Part shown: positions 1 to 12,661 of the stretch, piece after piece
Layout: every line of letters begins with the position of its first letter
Position numbering within the stretch: the stretch's first letter is position 1
Assembly (NCBI GenBank): GCA_965153455.1
Contig: OZ234493.1
Location: 13,196,213 to 13,260,212, forward strand
Length of the DNA: 64,000 nt
Origin: Sphagnum compactum
Taxonomy: Eukaryota
Reading direction: 5' to 3'
Program-made: the position numbers and the translations under genes
The notes under the pieces: model-generated
Seen by the model: only the letters and a program-made list of their open reading frames with translations
Database searches by the model: none
Told to the model about the DNA's origin: nothing

Positions 1-239
1 GACTTGGTTGTGGAATATCAAATAAATTATTTCTACAATGTTGAATTTACATGGCATTGTGTATGTTTTGGGGGTATACGTTTTGACAAAATGCTTCAAA
101 TATAAAAGTGAAGACAATGTTATCAAAATTCATATAATTCTACAACATTAACAACATGATTGCAAACATGATGACCAAATTGTTCCTTTGTTGTTTATAA
201 CCATACACATTTGATGTTTGATGGGATCACTTGAACATT

Positions 240-1646
240 CACTACTACAAAAAATGAATTATTTCCTAGCAGCGTTGTTGTTAAAATGATTATGAAGTAA
301 AATTCATTTGTTTTAAATGATTATGTTTGATTTGACTAAAATAAAAAAATCGGTATTTACATTTTGACTAGAAAAAACTAGTTGTTTAGTCAAAACAAAC
401 ACTATGTTGCACACATGGTGTATGCAATACCCACATGATATTGTTCCACTTGATGAATGTGCTCAATGCAATTGAAATTGATTGCCTAGATATGATTGAT
501 TGTAATGTTACTTTTGATGATGTGTTAATATTAAAACAATAATAAATCATTTAATTATTTTTATTCAAATTACTAAAAAAAAAAAAATAGAACACGAATG
601 TCATGTTTTCATTTGTTGTTTGTAATTGTTCACATAAACATAGGATAAGGGATAATTATACTAAAATACAATAAAATGACATGTGAAAAATGGAAAAGTT
701 CGATTCTTAAAAAATTAATGTATCAAGAAAACCTATTGTACATGAAAAATGTGAATTAATTTAATGTCTTTAAATCTGAAATTAAGAATAGTAAAAAATA
801 AATTAAACTAATAAATTTAAGACATGTGAACTCTAATTATATAATTTTGGAAATGAAATTCATTTCATTACAAAAATTTCAAAATAAAATAAAATAAAAT
901 AATTATATTTATTTTAAAACTAATGTAATAATTTAATGTATAAATTTTAAAGTTTTGAAGTTGAAAACATTTATAGGATTAAATTAAATGAAGATTTCGA
1001 TAGATTAATATTATTTAACAAAAGATTCAGATTAAAAAAAATATTTCATTTTGAAACTAAAATGCAATCTAAATTTTAATATAGTTTCATAGCAAAAAAA
1101 ATAAAAATAAAATAATGATATTAAAAATGTGCATGTGTAATCAATTTCATTTTGAAATTACCTTACAATATAATAAAGTTATAATGTGCAAAATTTTGAA
1201 AAATGTGTGTTTAAATATTTTGTGATAACAATTTATATCATCATGTGAGGTGGTGATTGGGTGGTAAAAATAAATTTTATTGGGTTGGAATCATGGGTGT
1301 AGTGTGTGACTATGTTTTGAATTTGTCCTTAATTCAATCCCAAAAAAATGGAATTACTATTATTACTTACTTAAATCAAATAAATTATAAAATAATATAG
1401 TATTAAATTTATTTAATTTTTAACTCAACATTTCCACATCAACTTGTAATTTCAAAGTTTTCAATAATTTCAAATAGCAATTTAAATTAGTAATTTCAAG
1501 CATTTTAATCATTTCAAATATTCATTTTTAATCATCTTGGTCAAAATTTTGGAGTAAACAACTGGTTTGTTTTAATTGAACAAACTTTTGTTGACTTTTT
1601 GTTGAGATGAAAATTTCAATTTTAAAAACCATATTATGTAACAATG
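240..1646. mobile_element. Degenerate non-autonomous CACTA-like element
   Basis: Left end CACTACTACAAAAAATG at 240. Right end CATATTATGTAACAATG (1630-1646) is an imperfect reverse complement. Subterminal ACTAGTTGTTTAGTCAAAA (~377) is mirrored by TTTTGGAGTAAACAACTGGT (~1547). Flanks ATT/ATA may be a decayed 3-bp TSD. Confidence 0.4.
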
Positions 1647-2033
1647 ATATATAAAATAATTAGTTTCATCGTACTTATATGTGCATTAATCATACACATT
1701 TTAGATGCACGACATTTATGCACAACAAATATGAATTTATGAAAGAATGATTTTTTACACAATTTTCATAACCAATTCGTAGGATGGGAAGTTTGTGATA
1801 TTGATTTCTAGATATACATGTTGATGATGTGAAAACTTGCCTTGTGACTAAACATTTAAAAAAATGTCTATACATTTATACACATATATTTAAATCATGT
1901 GAACAAGAGTAACTACAAGCTTTTAAAATCCAAGGTGATGAAAAAAAAACACGCACACTTAGATGATGTGTTGCAAAACTCTCCTTCAAAAACATACATA
2001 GGATGATAGCCTTAAGTTAGTTGCAACAAAACT

Positions 2034-2460
2034 CATGACCTAACCCTTCCATTGTGACAAACTTCTGACTTAAGTTGGAAGAAACACATGACCCAACTTC
2101 GAGCTCTTTGCTTAACTCTTCACCTTTACTTCAATAAAGGTTAGTACCTTAAGATATGACCTAAACCCTAAGTCAAAACAAACTTATGACCTAACCTTGA
2201 GATCTTTTGCCTAAATCTTGACCCTTACTTCTATAAGCTTTAATATTTTAACATATGACCTAAAAGCTAAGTTGTGACCTAAGTTGCAACCAAATTTATG
2301 ACCTAACCCCAAAGCTTTTTGCCTAAATTTCTTGCTTTTATTTCTACAAATATTAATATGTTTAACTATGACCTAACCCCAAAGCTTTTTGCCTAACCTT
2401 TTTTGCTTTTATTTCTACAAATATTAATATGTTTAACTATGACCTAAACCCTAAGTTGTG
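2034..2460 (+). repeat. Degenerate tandem repeat built on ATGACCTAA(A)CCC(TAAG)
   Basis: ATGACCTAA recurs many times, including a near-perfect ~70-bp duplication at ~2298-2450. Confidence 0.7.
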
Positions 2461-2528
2461 ATAGGATATGTTGAAAATTTTCAATTTAATATTAATTCAA
2501 AGAAACAATTTTTTTGATGAAGGAAAAT

Positions 2529-2549
2529 TATATATATATATATATATAT

Positions 2550-2589
<40 letters not shown>

Positions 2590-2610
2590 ATAATAATAAT
2601 TATTATTATT
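2529..2610. repeat. Compound microsatellite (TA)n(GA)n(TAA)n
   Basis: Directly visible. Confidence 0.9.
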
Positions 2611-2985
2611 TTTAAAGCATGGAATCTTCAAAATGAAATCATTATTCCACACTGAAATGTTGAACTTCAGATGGACCTGAACATTTTTATATTTTTTGGG
2701 TCACTTGGCGACAAAAAGGAAAATCAGACAAAGGAATTTTTTGTGAAAGAATGTGCCAGAAATTGCTAGATTTCAGGGAATATTATATGAAATTCGCCGT
2801 ATAAATTAATTAATAAATAGGTTCCAATGATTCACCAGCATGTAATGATAGGATTCCTAAATTTTCTACTTCTCTATTTGTCTTGTAGCCAAATTTGGCT
2901 AAATCCTCTTGTAGCTGATCATCACTTTTGGAGCAACATGACAAAATTTGAAATAAATAAAATTAGGTTCGAGGCAAAAAATTAA

Positions 2986-2989
<4 letters not shown>

Positions 2990-3035
<46 letters not shown>
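2990..3035. repeat. (TA)n microsatellite
   Basis: Directly visible. Confidence 0.9.
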
Positions 3036-3039
<4 letters not shown>

Positions 3040-3589
3040 GCAGAATTCTTAAATTTATTCTACTTTCTTGTCTTAAGGGTAGCCAAATCTGGCTAATTCC
3101 TCTTGTGGATGATCGCCAGTTTAGCCATACTTAGTGTTCCCCACTTGGTAGGTACCTACTTTCTTTTTCTTTCTGACAAGCGGCATGGGTACGCGTGCTG
3201 CCAAACGCCGCCAAGCCCAATTCATGGGACCCACCACACTGCCACTGCTGCTGCTTCTTTTCTTTTTCTTTCTTTCTTTCTTTTTCTCAACCCACGCGCT
3301 TGGGCTTTGCTTTTTGTGAAATGCGGCGCCCCTTAAGTTACTTCCAATTAGCTTCCAAATTCCCTCCCCCCCCCCCCCCCCCCCAAATTGAGGGGTGGGG
3401 TTGTGTAAGGGGAGGGGGGGGGGGGGGGTTTGGATTTGGTGTTCCCAATATGTTCTATATGGTTCTCATTGTAATGACTCTTGACACAAAGTTCTCCATT
3501 TGTTCCCCCCACCAAGTTCCCATACAGCGCCAATCTTTAGTTCATATCCTTTTGCCCAAATGTTTGTTCTTGTAACCTGTAAGTACACC

Positions 3590-3713
3590 TAGGGTTTAGG
3601 GTTTTTGGAAAGGGTTTTTGGGAAGGGTTTTAGGGTTTTGGGTTTTGGGAAAGGGTTTTAGGGTTTAGGGTTTTGGCAAAGGGTTTTGGGAAGGGTTTTA
3701 GGGTTTAGGGTTT
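3590..3713 (+). repeat. Interstitial telomere-like repeat (degenerate TTTAGGG)
   Basis: Several TTTAGGG units interspersed with TTTTGGG and AAGGG variants. Confidence 0.7.
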
Positions 3714-5764
3714 GATTAAGACTAGGTATTCTATTTTGAGAGTGTTGGAAGGGAATACTTTTAAAATGAGGCATCAATCAAACCGGTCCATCGGCAATTT
3801 TAATTGTTTTTGGGGTGGGTGGGTGGGACTTTAGGTATGTCCAAATAACTAAGTAATATTCATCCATAATTGATAGTACTTGTTGGGTGCCTATTTTGTT
3901 AATTCTATTAACTAGTTGTGAGGTGCAGCCCAAACAATTTTTTTTAATTTTTTTTTTGGGTTGTTTTTTGGCAATGAGCCACTTTGGTTCACCCATCACC
4001 AAAAATAATTTAAAAAATTCTACAAGTTGCAAAAACAGGAATTTGCATTCCAAATAATTGTAGAACAACATCATCACTAATGAGAGTTCAACTTTGGGCA
4101 AAGGTTGGGAAATAAAACTAGGTGTCATAGGGAACATCTTGGAGGAACAAGTTGGGAACATAGTGAGAATACATTGAGAACGTGATGAGAACATCAAAAT
4201 CCCAAAAACCCAAATCATCCATATACTAGTTCCTCAAAGATTGTGAAAATAGAATATTCCTTGAATATTTCAAACGACTCTTCATTTTCCTTCACAAACA
4301 TATTTTCTTTGAGGAAAAAATAATTTCCGCAAATTTCAGCATTTCAAAAAATTATATAATTTGTGCCAAAGCTGCCAAGGCTTTGTGGTATTAATCTTTG
4401 TATTAAAGGGGTGCATCTCAAGTTCAACTTCACTTATATAGATGAAAAGAACACAACTTTGGGCAAATCATATGGGATAAAATTGTGATACCATGAGGAA
4501 TAACTTGGGGAACCTTTTGGGAACTTGATCAAAACACATTGAGAACAAAAGAACATAAAAAATCCAAACCCCACCCCTCCCCCCAATTCTACACCCTTGC
4601 TATTAGCCTAGGTCGAAAATGGTGACAAACAAACATATGTATAGAAATTCTTCTCAATCAATGAGGGAGTGCAACATTCACCCTTGTTATGAGTCCCATA
4701 ACTTTATGAATTCATATGAATTTTGATCGAAAAGTTTTCAATTACAAAATTGTTGCTCTTGATGAGATCTTTCCAAGGCCATGTTAAATGTTTTCATTGA
4801 GGAATGGTTTGACTCCTATTTTCAGGGTTTCGTTGTCATCGGTCAAATTAACTTTGTATCTTCTTTTTGGCCATGACTTTTGGCTTATAGTTCCAAATGG
4901 AAAATATAAGCTCACTTTTAATATTTGTGTCTTAAGAAGTTTCTAATGATACAAAAATTGGATAAAGTTTACCTCTTTCATTTTGTTCTCAAAATTTGAA
5001 CCACTCTATGACTTCCAACTCCCAAAGTGAGAGTTCATATCTGGAGGCCCAATATGTTTCTTTTTAATTTTCATAATGTGTTTAGGCTTCTTTCTTTTCT
5101 TAACTTATTTTTAGTCTATTTTCTTTTTGCCTTGTTTTGGCCCAATTGTAATCCCAAAGTTAAGGTTGCGACAATAACATTCTTCATGTATTTTCTTTTT
5201 GTTTTGTTTCGACCTTGATTACAATCTCAAAGTTAAGGTTGTGACAATAACCGTTCTTCATATAGCTTTTTTTTGGTCACAATTGTACACACATTGTTTG
5301 GTTGCTTATACAACCTCAAGCTTTGATGAAAAATGAGACATTGCAAGTGCACATGTTTGGTGGATATATGTCAAAATTAGACACATGATTTTTTTGAAAT
5401 CATGTTTCACTCAAAATCATTGCTTAAGTTTCATTCATCATTGTCAAGAACAAAAAATTCCTTCACGCATCTTTATGGATTGCATTGCATTTTGAAATTT
5501 GTGAAGGTGAATTGAAGGGCTACAAATAAAAAGACATAAAAGCCAAATGTGAATAAGAATTAATAAAGGTAATATATAAATATTATGTATCAAAGGGATG
5601 AAAAATGATTAACATCCTCATTCATTCATGCCAAAATTATTAAGCATTTTATATAAAAATCCAATTAAAAAAACTCAAAAAAAATTAATATGTGCTAAAG
5701 TACATTTTAATACGTAAAAATTCACCATTGGGATCCCAAATTTGTTGGTATTGAAATGCTTCAT

Positions 5765-6100
5765 ATTAATTAGTTGTGGGAACCTTAAATTTATTTATTT
5801 TCCTTTTGTGTTGGGCATCATTGATTGGTCCATCACAAAAACAAATGTAATCAAGCTTTGGATAGTCCCAAAATAGATAGCTATATTGTTGTCTTTTCCT
5901 TTTGGGCTGGTTACATAGGTTACAAGAGTAGAACTTAGGGCAAAGGATATGGGACAAAGTGAGGTGCTTTTAAGAAGAACATATTAAGGAACACATTGAA
6001 AACTTTGGGAACATATTGAAAACCCATTGAGAACTTACGAGAACACATGAAAACTTGTGAGAACATATTTGAGAACAACAAAAATCCAACACTCAACTTT
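5765..6100 (+). repeat. Dispersed repeat family copy (related copies ~3770-4220, ~4450-4580, ~11080-11310)
   Basis: A shared motif GGGCAAA.GATATGGGA.AAA followed by GGGAACAT../GAGAAC units occurs in all four places. Confidence 0.55.
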
Positions 6101-8894
6101 TTTTTCCTTTTGTGGGGGGGGGGGGTTTTCAAACTCAAAATCATGCATGGAGGTTGCAAGAAAAGTCTAGTAAAATGGGTACTATGTTGATTTCAAATCC
6201 AACTTGATAGATTGATAAATGAGGCAACCACCAAAAGTGGTAAAATGTGCAATTTGCATCCCCTTCTTTGGGGGGGGGTGAATGGCTTAGGAAGGCCAAG
6301 AAAGGGGGGGGAGTGGAGGGGGGAAAGGAAAGAGCATCAAAAGTGTAAAGGGTTGCAATCTCTACTAGTCAGAAATTAAAATACAAACGTGAAACACATG
6401 AAATGGGTGTTGAAAGAAAGAAGGAAAGTAAGTAAGCAAGCAAGTAAGTAGGACCCATTTGGAACAAAGAGATGATGAACTCTCCATGACTTTTAGTAGC
6501 CTAAGTAGTGGTGAATAGAAAATGTCAGTGTGTGTGTCCAAAAGAGCCTTTGAACACACAAGTGCACACACAAGTGCAAACAAGAGCAATTTCAGGTACT
6601 TTCAAGCAAAAAGTTAAATTGGGTTTTTGCACAAATGTTCTCATTTTGGTAGCCTATAGGCATACCTAGTACTCACTACTCTTCATTCCAAATGTTTTTC
6701 ATCTTTTGCACGTGGCTTATGACAATGTATTAATTTATTGCACACAAATTTTTTTAATAAAGAAAATATTTTCATTAAAATAATCATTAATAATCAGTCA
6801 TAAGTTCGAGCGTTTAAATTTTTTATTATTATTATTTTAGTTCGGTGTTGAAATTTTGAAATTTGACAAAAAAAAATTTCAAAAAATGGGCCCCAAAAAA
6901 AATAATTTTGGGGTGATTTTAAAAGAAAATTTCACAGTTTTTGAAGTAAAAATAATTAAATTAACCACATGTAAGACATAGGCATCTCTTAGGTCGTCAC
7001 TTTTGTAAAAATGCTATACAGCCCACCTAGGACAATCATCATTTAATATTGAATAACGTTGGAGATCCTTGTCAATGGACCCACCCACTTGAGGAATTCC
7101 GAAGAAAAAAATAAAAATAAAATAAAAATTTAAAAAAAAAACCCTTGAAAATAACCCGTAGATAATATTATTGTCTATACCACTCCACAAACCCGATACC
7201 GTGAAAGTGTGTTGTTATTAGCACTTTTGTTTATGATTCTTCAATGATCACAATTCTTTTAAATAATTTTTAAAAAACCAACCAATCATCAATGGAAATT
7301 TTTAAATCCCCACAATATTTGAACTTGAGCACCTTGAGTAGTGAAAAAAAACTACTTAGGGTTTAGGGTTTAGTAGTAAAAACCCTAACTATGTATGGTC
7401 AAAATCAGGAATCACAAGCTCCCAAACATATATGGATATATATATATATATATGAACTCACCTTTGAGAGAGAAGGGGGAAGGGGAAGACAAAACACAAA
7501 ACTTGCGGGGGGTGATGACTGGAAGAAAGCTCTCAAATCAAAATCAAAAGCTCTCAAATCAAAATCAAATCGTCACAATTTCAACCAATGTGCAAAAAAC
7601 TCACTCACTTTTTGGTACAGAAGCTGCTCACGTCAAAGACGATGGCTAGTTGGGTCCAATTCTTCACATTCCACCATGTAGGTTTTTTCTCAGTGGATGA
7701 AGAAAGGTGAGTGAGATAGACAAACAGATCAATCTCCAAAGCTTTTTGGGTAGCTAGCTAGCTACTACATTGGAGCTTGGAAGCTTTTGGGTAGCTACAT
7801 TGAAGCTTGGAAGGCGACAAGATCAGCACAAGAAGAAGAAGAAGAAGAAGAAGAAGAGGGTGAGAATCATGTGAGCTGAGGAGGACATGAAAGTCATTGT
7901 TATTATTATTATTATGTTGGCAGCAAAACCTACTCTAAAGCATGTGTATGAAAAACCAAAACATGGGTGGTAATTTGCACTGCAACTCACTCTCTTTGTG
8001 TCGTCTTTCTCCTCAAGGAGGCAGTGAACAGCACCAGCAGCAGCAGCACAGTGTTGTATATAGGTAGCAGAGCAGGCTTTATGGAAATGGTCTTCTTCAT
8101 CACTGCCCACACCTGCTGCACAACTAGACTGGTTGGTGGACCAGAGAGAGAGGAAAAGGAGTGAGTGATCCCCAAAGGAAATTGGGTGGGACCAAGAAGT
8201 TGTTATTATTATTATTATTAAAATTTTAGTAATTTTTAAAAATATTTTAAAATTTTAATTAATTTTCTAGGGACCTGCATAGATTTTGCACAAACCTTAG
8301 TCTCTTGGAGATCACAATATTCATGGGCATACCATGTTTTAAGGGTCAATATCAGTGTCACTCTACTTTTAATTTTGTACTTCATCTAAAAATGATGTTT
8401 GTATGTATAGGCCATTAATTTTATTGCTGCCCATGAAATGCTATACTGGTAAATAATTATATATATATATATATATATATATAAATTAAATTTAAAAATT
8501 AAAATTTTATGATTTATTTTTTCTTGCCATGTTTTGTTTGTATGTCTTGGAGATAGTGAGAGAGAATTGCAAAACCTTGGGACTAGTGTATAGAAATTGC
8601 AGCTTTTAGGGATCACAACTTTGGAGTTTTGGATGCTTCCTTGAGTGATTGTTGCTTTGAGAGGAAGATGAAGTGGCCACAGTGAACCAGCACCCAACAG
8701 GGCACCATCCACTGGATGTCTGTCATTACTCAGTTGTGGATGAAACTCAACTGAGTTAAAATATTTTGGTTTCATCTTGGTAACTAATTCTGTAGGAAAT
8801 AGGTCTCATCTATATAGGTAGATAGGTAAGAAAATAGGCAACTTCAAGGTAAGTAGATGGTTTATAGTTTGTAAGTAGGTAAGGGCTGTTTTTA

Positions 8895-8942
8895 CTACCT
8901 ACCTACTAACAACCTGCTTGTGGGTTGTTAGTAGGTAGGTAG
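8895..8942. repeat. Perfect 20-bp inverted repeat (hairpin, 8-nt loop)
   Basis: CTACCTACCTACTAACAACC-tgcttgtg-GGTTGTTAGTAGGTAGGTAG. Confidence 0.9.
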
Positions 8943-10125
8943 AAAAAAAAATAGTAACTAAGCTAACCACCATGGTTAGCTAGAGAACTAGAACCCAACA
9001 GAAAACTGTTTTCTGACCACTTACCATTCATCCTTCATGGTGGGCTTGGCTGGTGGGTGCTGGTTCACTTTGGCCCTCTGAAAGAGGATGGACTTTAGAC
9101 TAGGGTTGGAACTGGGGTTTTGTTTTGGGTTGTGCCATTTTTTGATGTATGGGCCAGATTCCACCAGTTGATTATGGTCCTGTTGCTGGTTAGGGTTTTT
9201 GAATTTTCCTTTGGGCACATTGTTTTTTGCTTTTTTATTCAAGTAAGGTGAAGTGAAAATTTGCAAGATGTCTCAAAGGTTTTTGGGAGCTAAACCCCCC
9301 AAAATTAATTTTTAAAAATAAATTCAAAATAATTTAGAAGAATTTAAAACTAATTTTGAAAACACAAATAAAAACCCTAAACCATTTTAATGTTGGGGAT
9401 TTGAAAGGCCAGTTTTGTTTGGGCGGTCAGTGGGTGGCCTGAAATGATAATTTTAAAAGGAACTGGATAAACTTTGCAGACTAGAAGAGATTATAAAAGA
9501 TCTTGTGTGCAAGGTTCTGAAAATTAGGGTTTTCAAAAGGTAGTCTGATTTTGTTAAAATCAGCTCGGGGTTCAATTACCATCTACAATTGGGGGAAGGG
9601 GGCCAGGGGCAAAGAGTGTACGATTATGAACATGATTTGTACACCAGATGGACGGTTCTGTCCCATCCCATCCTAGTAGGATGATGGATGGTACAAGCCC
9701 TGTTTCTTCTTCTTCTTCTTCTTCGTCTTTGCTGAAATTGAACAACAACAATTCCCATGACAAGGTGCTGTTGAAGAAGTCGATCATGTGTTTGCCAAAT
9801 GGATTCAATAGTCCCATGCTCTTTAAGGGGTTGTTGCAGCACAAGTAGTATGTAGTAGTCAGGATTTGCTTCCTACAGGACATTCCTTTTATAAACCTTC
9901 TAAGTGTATATATTTGTCACTGATGAATTAAATTCCCTTGCTTGCTTGCTTTCAGACTGAATCTTTTATATTATTATATTATTTTTATTATTTATTATTT
10001 TGCTGGAACATATGTTCTTGGACATGTCAGTTCCAGATTTTTATTTTTATTTTTATTTTTATTTTCCATTTTGGGCCACAACCCAGATGATGCCCTTCAG
10101 GATTCAACTGCTTTGTGCTGTGTTG

Positions 10126-10127
<2 letters not shown>

Positions 10128-10163
<36 letters not shown>

Positions 10164-10200
10164 AGCAATTTGGTTTGTTTGTTTGTTTGTTTGTTTGTTG
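10128..10200 (+). repeat. (CTG)n followed by (TTTG)n microsatellites
   Basis: Directly visible. Confidence 0.9.
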
Positions 10201-10416
10201 CTGTCTTTGTTTTGATCTTTTGTTTTCTTAACCCCATAAGGTAGTTGGAGAAATTTTCTAAGTTTTTTTTTTCTTTTTTTGGGTTGGAACAAATGGATGG
10301 AATCGATCGCATAAAAATAAAAAATCAAAATTAATTTTTAATAAAATAACATGAAGGTTCCTAAGTGTATTTTTGACACCTTATATGCATCAATATACCT
10401 CCCTAGCACGGCAAAG

Positions 10417-10738
10417 AGGAGGGGATCTGATTTTACACCTACTCCTTAAGAGTGGAAATTAAGTGGTACATAAAACCTGCACAAGATTTTTATTTTTATT
10501 TTATTTTGGTTTTTCCATCATATTCACCAGGCATCATGTGGAAAAAAAAAAAACACTAAAAAAATATGATGAGGTCCACCAAGCATTTTCATTTTTCAAA
10601 ACACACCCCCGCAAGGTGGAAGAGAAATTCCTCTTGATAATGCAACCTTCAATACACTACAACAAAAAAAATCTCACCCAAGTTGTAGTAACGTCCCTTC
10701 CACTCTTAAGAAGTAGGTGTAAGAACCATTCCCCTCCT
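10417..10738. mobile_element. MITE-like element upstream of the SPL gene
   Basis: TTACACCTACTCCTTAAGAGTGGAA (10433-10457) and TTCCACTCTTAAGAAGTAGGTGTAA (10698-10722) match 24/25 inverted, extended outward by AGGAGGGGA/TCCCCTCCT. No clean TSD seen. Confidence 0.6.
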
Positions 10739-10846
10739 ACACCTTGTGAACTATGTGCGCCTAAGTTCATGATAATGTGCATCTACGTTCATGATAATGC
10801 TTGAGATGGGTATATAATGTCATTGCCAAAAGCATTCCAAATTCTA

Positions 10847-10877
<31 letters not shown>

Positions 10878-11728
10878 AATGTTCAAGTGTTCATACTATG
10901 TATCATAGTATGTCATTGTATGAGTTTTACACAAAAAGTTGTGCATTTTGGGAGGTAACCAAATACCCAATTGGAGGCTCCAATCTCAAAGGGATAGATG
11001 CAAAGACTTAGTTAGTCCTAGGGACCCTCCAAATTTTTTAATAATTTTTTTTCTTTTTTTTTTCTTTTGTGATGGGGGGGGTGTTTAATTGGCCCGTCTC
11101 AAAAAAGAAAATATAAACTTTGGATGGTCTCAAAATAGATACATTGTAATATCCTCTTGGGGCTAATTATGTAGGGTTTGAAGAGTAAAACTTAGGGCAA
11201 ATGATATGAGATAAAGTGTTGTGGTGCTATTGGGAACATATTGATAACATCTTGAGAATTTGGGGAAACAAGTTGAGAACAAAATTGAATGAGCATTGGG
11301 AACATGATGGAAACCATAGGGGATTTATAATATAAAAATTTAGGACTTTGCATTTTTTAAAAATTTTAGTTTTTGTGTGTGTATAATTTTTGTCTTGCAA
11401 TCAGAGTCTTTTCTTTCTTTTTCTTTTTTTGTGTTTTTTTTTCCCTCAAATTTGTGAGCTAGGTGGGTTGGCAAATCACCCACAAGAGGAATTTAGCCAA
11501 ACTTGGCTACAATAATTAATGTTTTTTTTTGTTTTGGCAACAAATATGGTACTTTTTTTTTAAAAATAAAAATTGTTTTGTATATGTAATAAGTACCTAA
11601 TATAATTTTGGTAATTTCTCAAATACTTTTTCTTACTTTATTCTTCTTAAAAGCTTCCTTTGTGTCAAAATTTCTAAAATAGTGTTGGTGTAAGCATGAT
11701 GGAATTTATGTGTTGTATACAATTATAT

Positions 11729-11769
<41 letters not shown>

Positions 11770-12661
11770 ATTGTTTTGGTAATAAAGATGGTAATTTTGG
11801 TTTTATAAAAGTTTTAAAATTATTAAAAATATTTGTTTAAAATAAGTTTGAATTTTTTTTTGTTTTAGTGTGTGAAGAATAATAGGTACCTATTATTTTC
11901 TATATGAATTTTGCTAATTTCTCAATACTTTTCTTCTCAACTACTTTGTTCTTAAAAAAGCTTCTTGTATGAAATTTTGTTAAATTGTGTTGGAATTTGT
12001 GGGTTTTCCTCAGACTTTGCATTTTTGTTGTTTTTTTGGTGATTTTGTGTGTTCTTTCTCTCTCTCTCTCTCTTGTGTGTATGATTTTCTTTTTCAGCAC
12101 TTCATTTCATGCTTGTGTTGTAGTAGACGATGGTTTGAGTCTCTTTCTTGCTCTCTCTCTCCCTCTCTCTCTCTCTCTCTTGTGAGCAAAAGCTTGAACC
12201 CCTTAAGGTCTTCATGTCTTTTTGGTGTTTCTGAAGTTCTTCTTCTTCTTCTTTTCTCTTGTTCTGTAGAATGCTGGTAAGTAACTAATGGCAACCGAGT
12301 GTAATGAAGAAGGAAGAAAGCTTTGCCATTATTTCCAATGGCTCATTGTGGCTTCTTCTTCTTCTTCATAATTAGCTCATGAAATTTCTCCTCTCTCCAG
12401 TGTTTTGTTTTTCTTTTTTTCCCTTTGTTTCTTTTGGTTTCCGGGAAGAAGTTGTTGTCGTTTGAAGGCAATTTGTTATTGTTGTATGGTTGTATGGTGG
12501 TTGTTGTTGTTTTTTTTGTTGGCCAAGTGCTTGGAAGTTTGTTGCAGTGTTTGAGGTTTGAGAGAAAAAAAGAGAGAGAACAGGAGTTTGTGAGCTGCTT
12601 TTGGTTTTTGTCTGGCCTTCGGTTTTGCAAGCAAACAACAGACAAGAAAAGAGAAGAAGAG

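Noticed and set aside
7983-8167. miR156*-like sequence ACTCACTCTCTTTGTGTCG and a loose fold-back
   Set aside because: There is no matching mature miR156/529 arm and pairing is patchy. The bulge is not at the target-mimic position.
9572-10328. Short ORFs with poly-S/A/C/Q
   Set aside because: Explained by microsatellites, with no recognisable domain. The region could still be UTR exon sequence.
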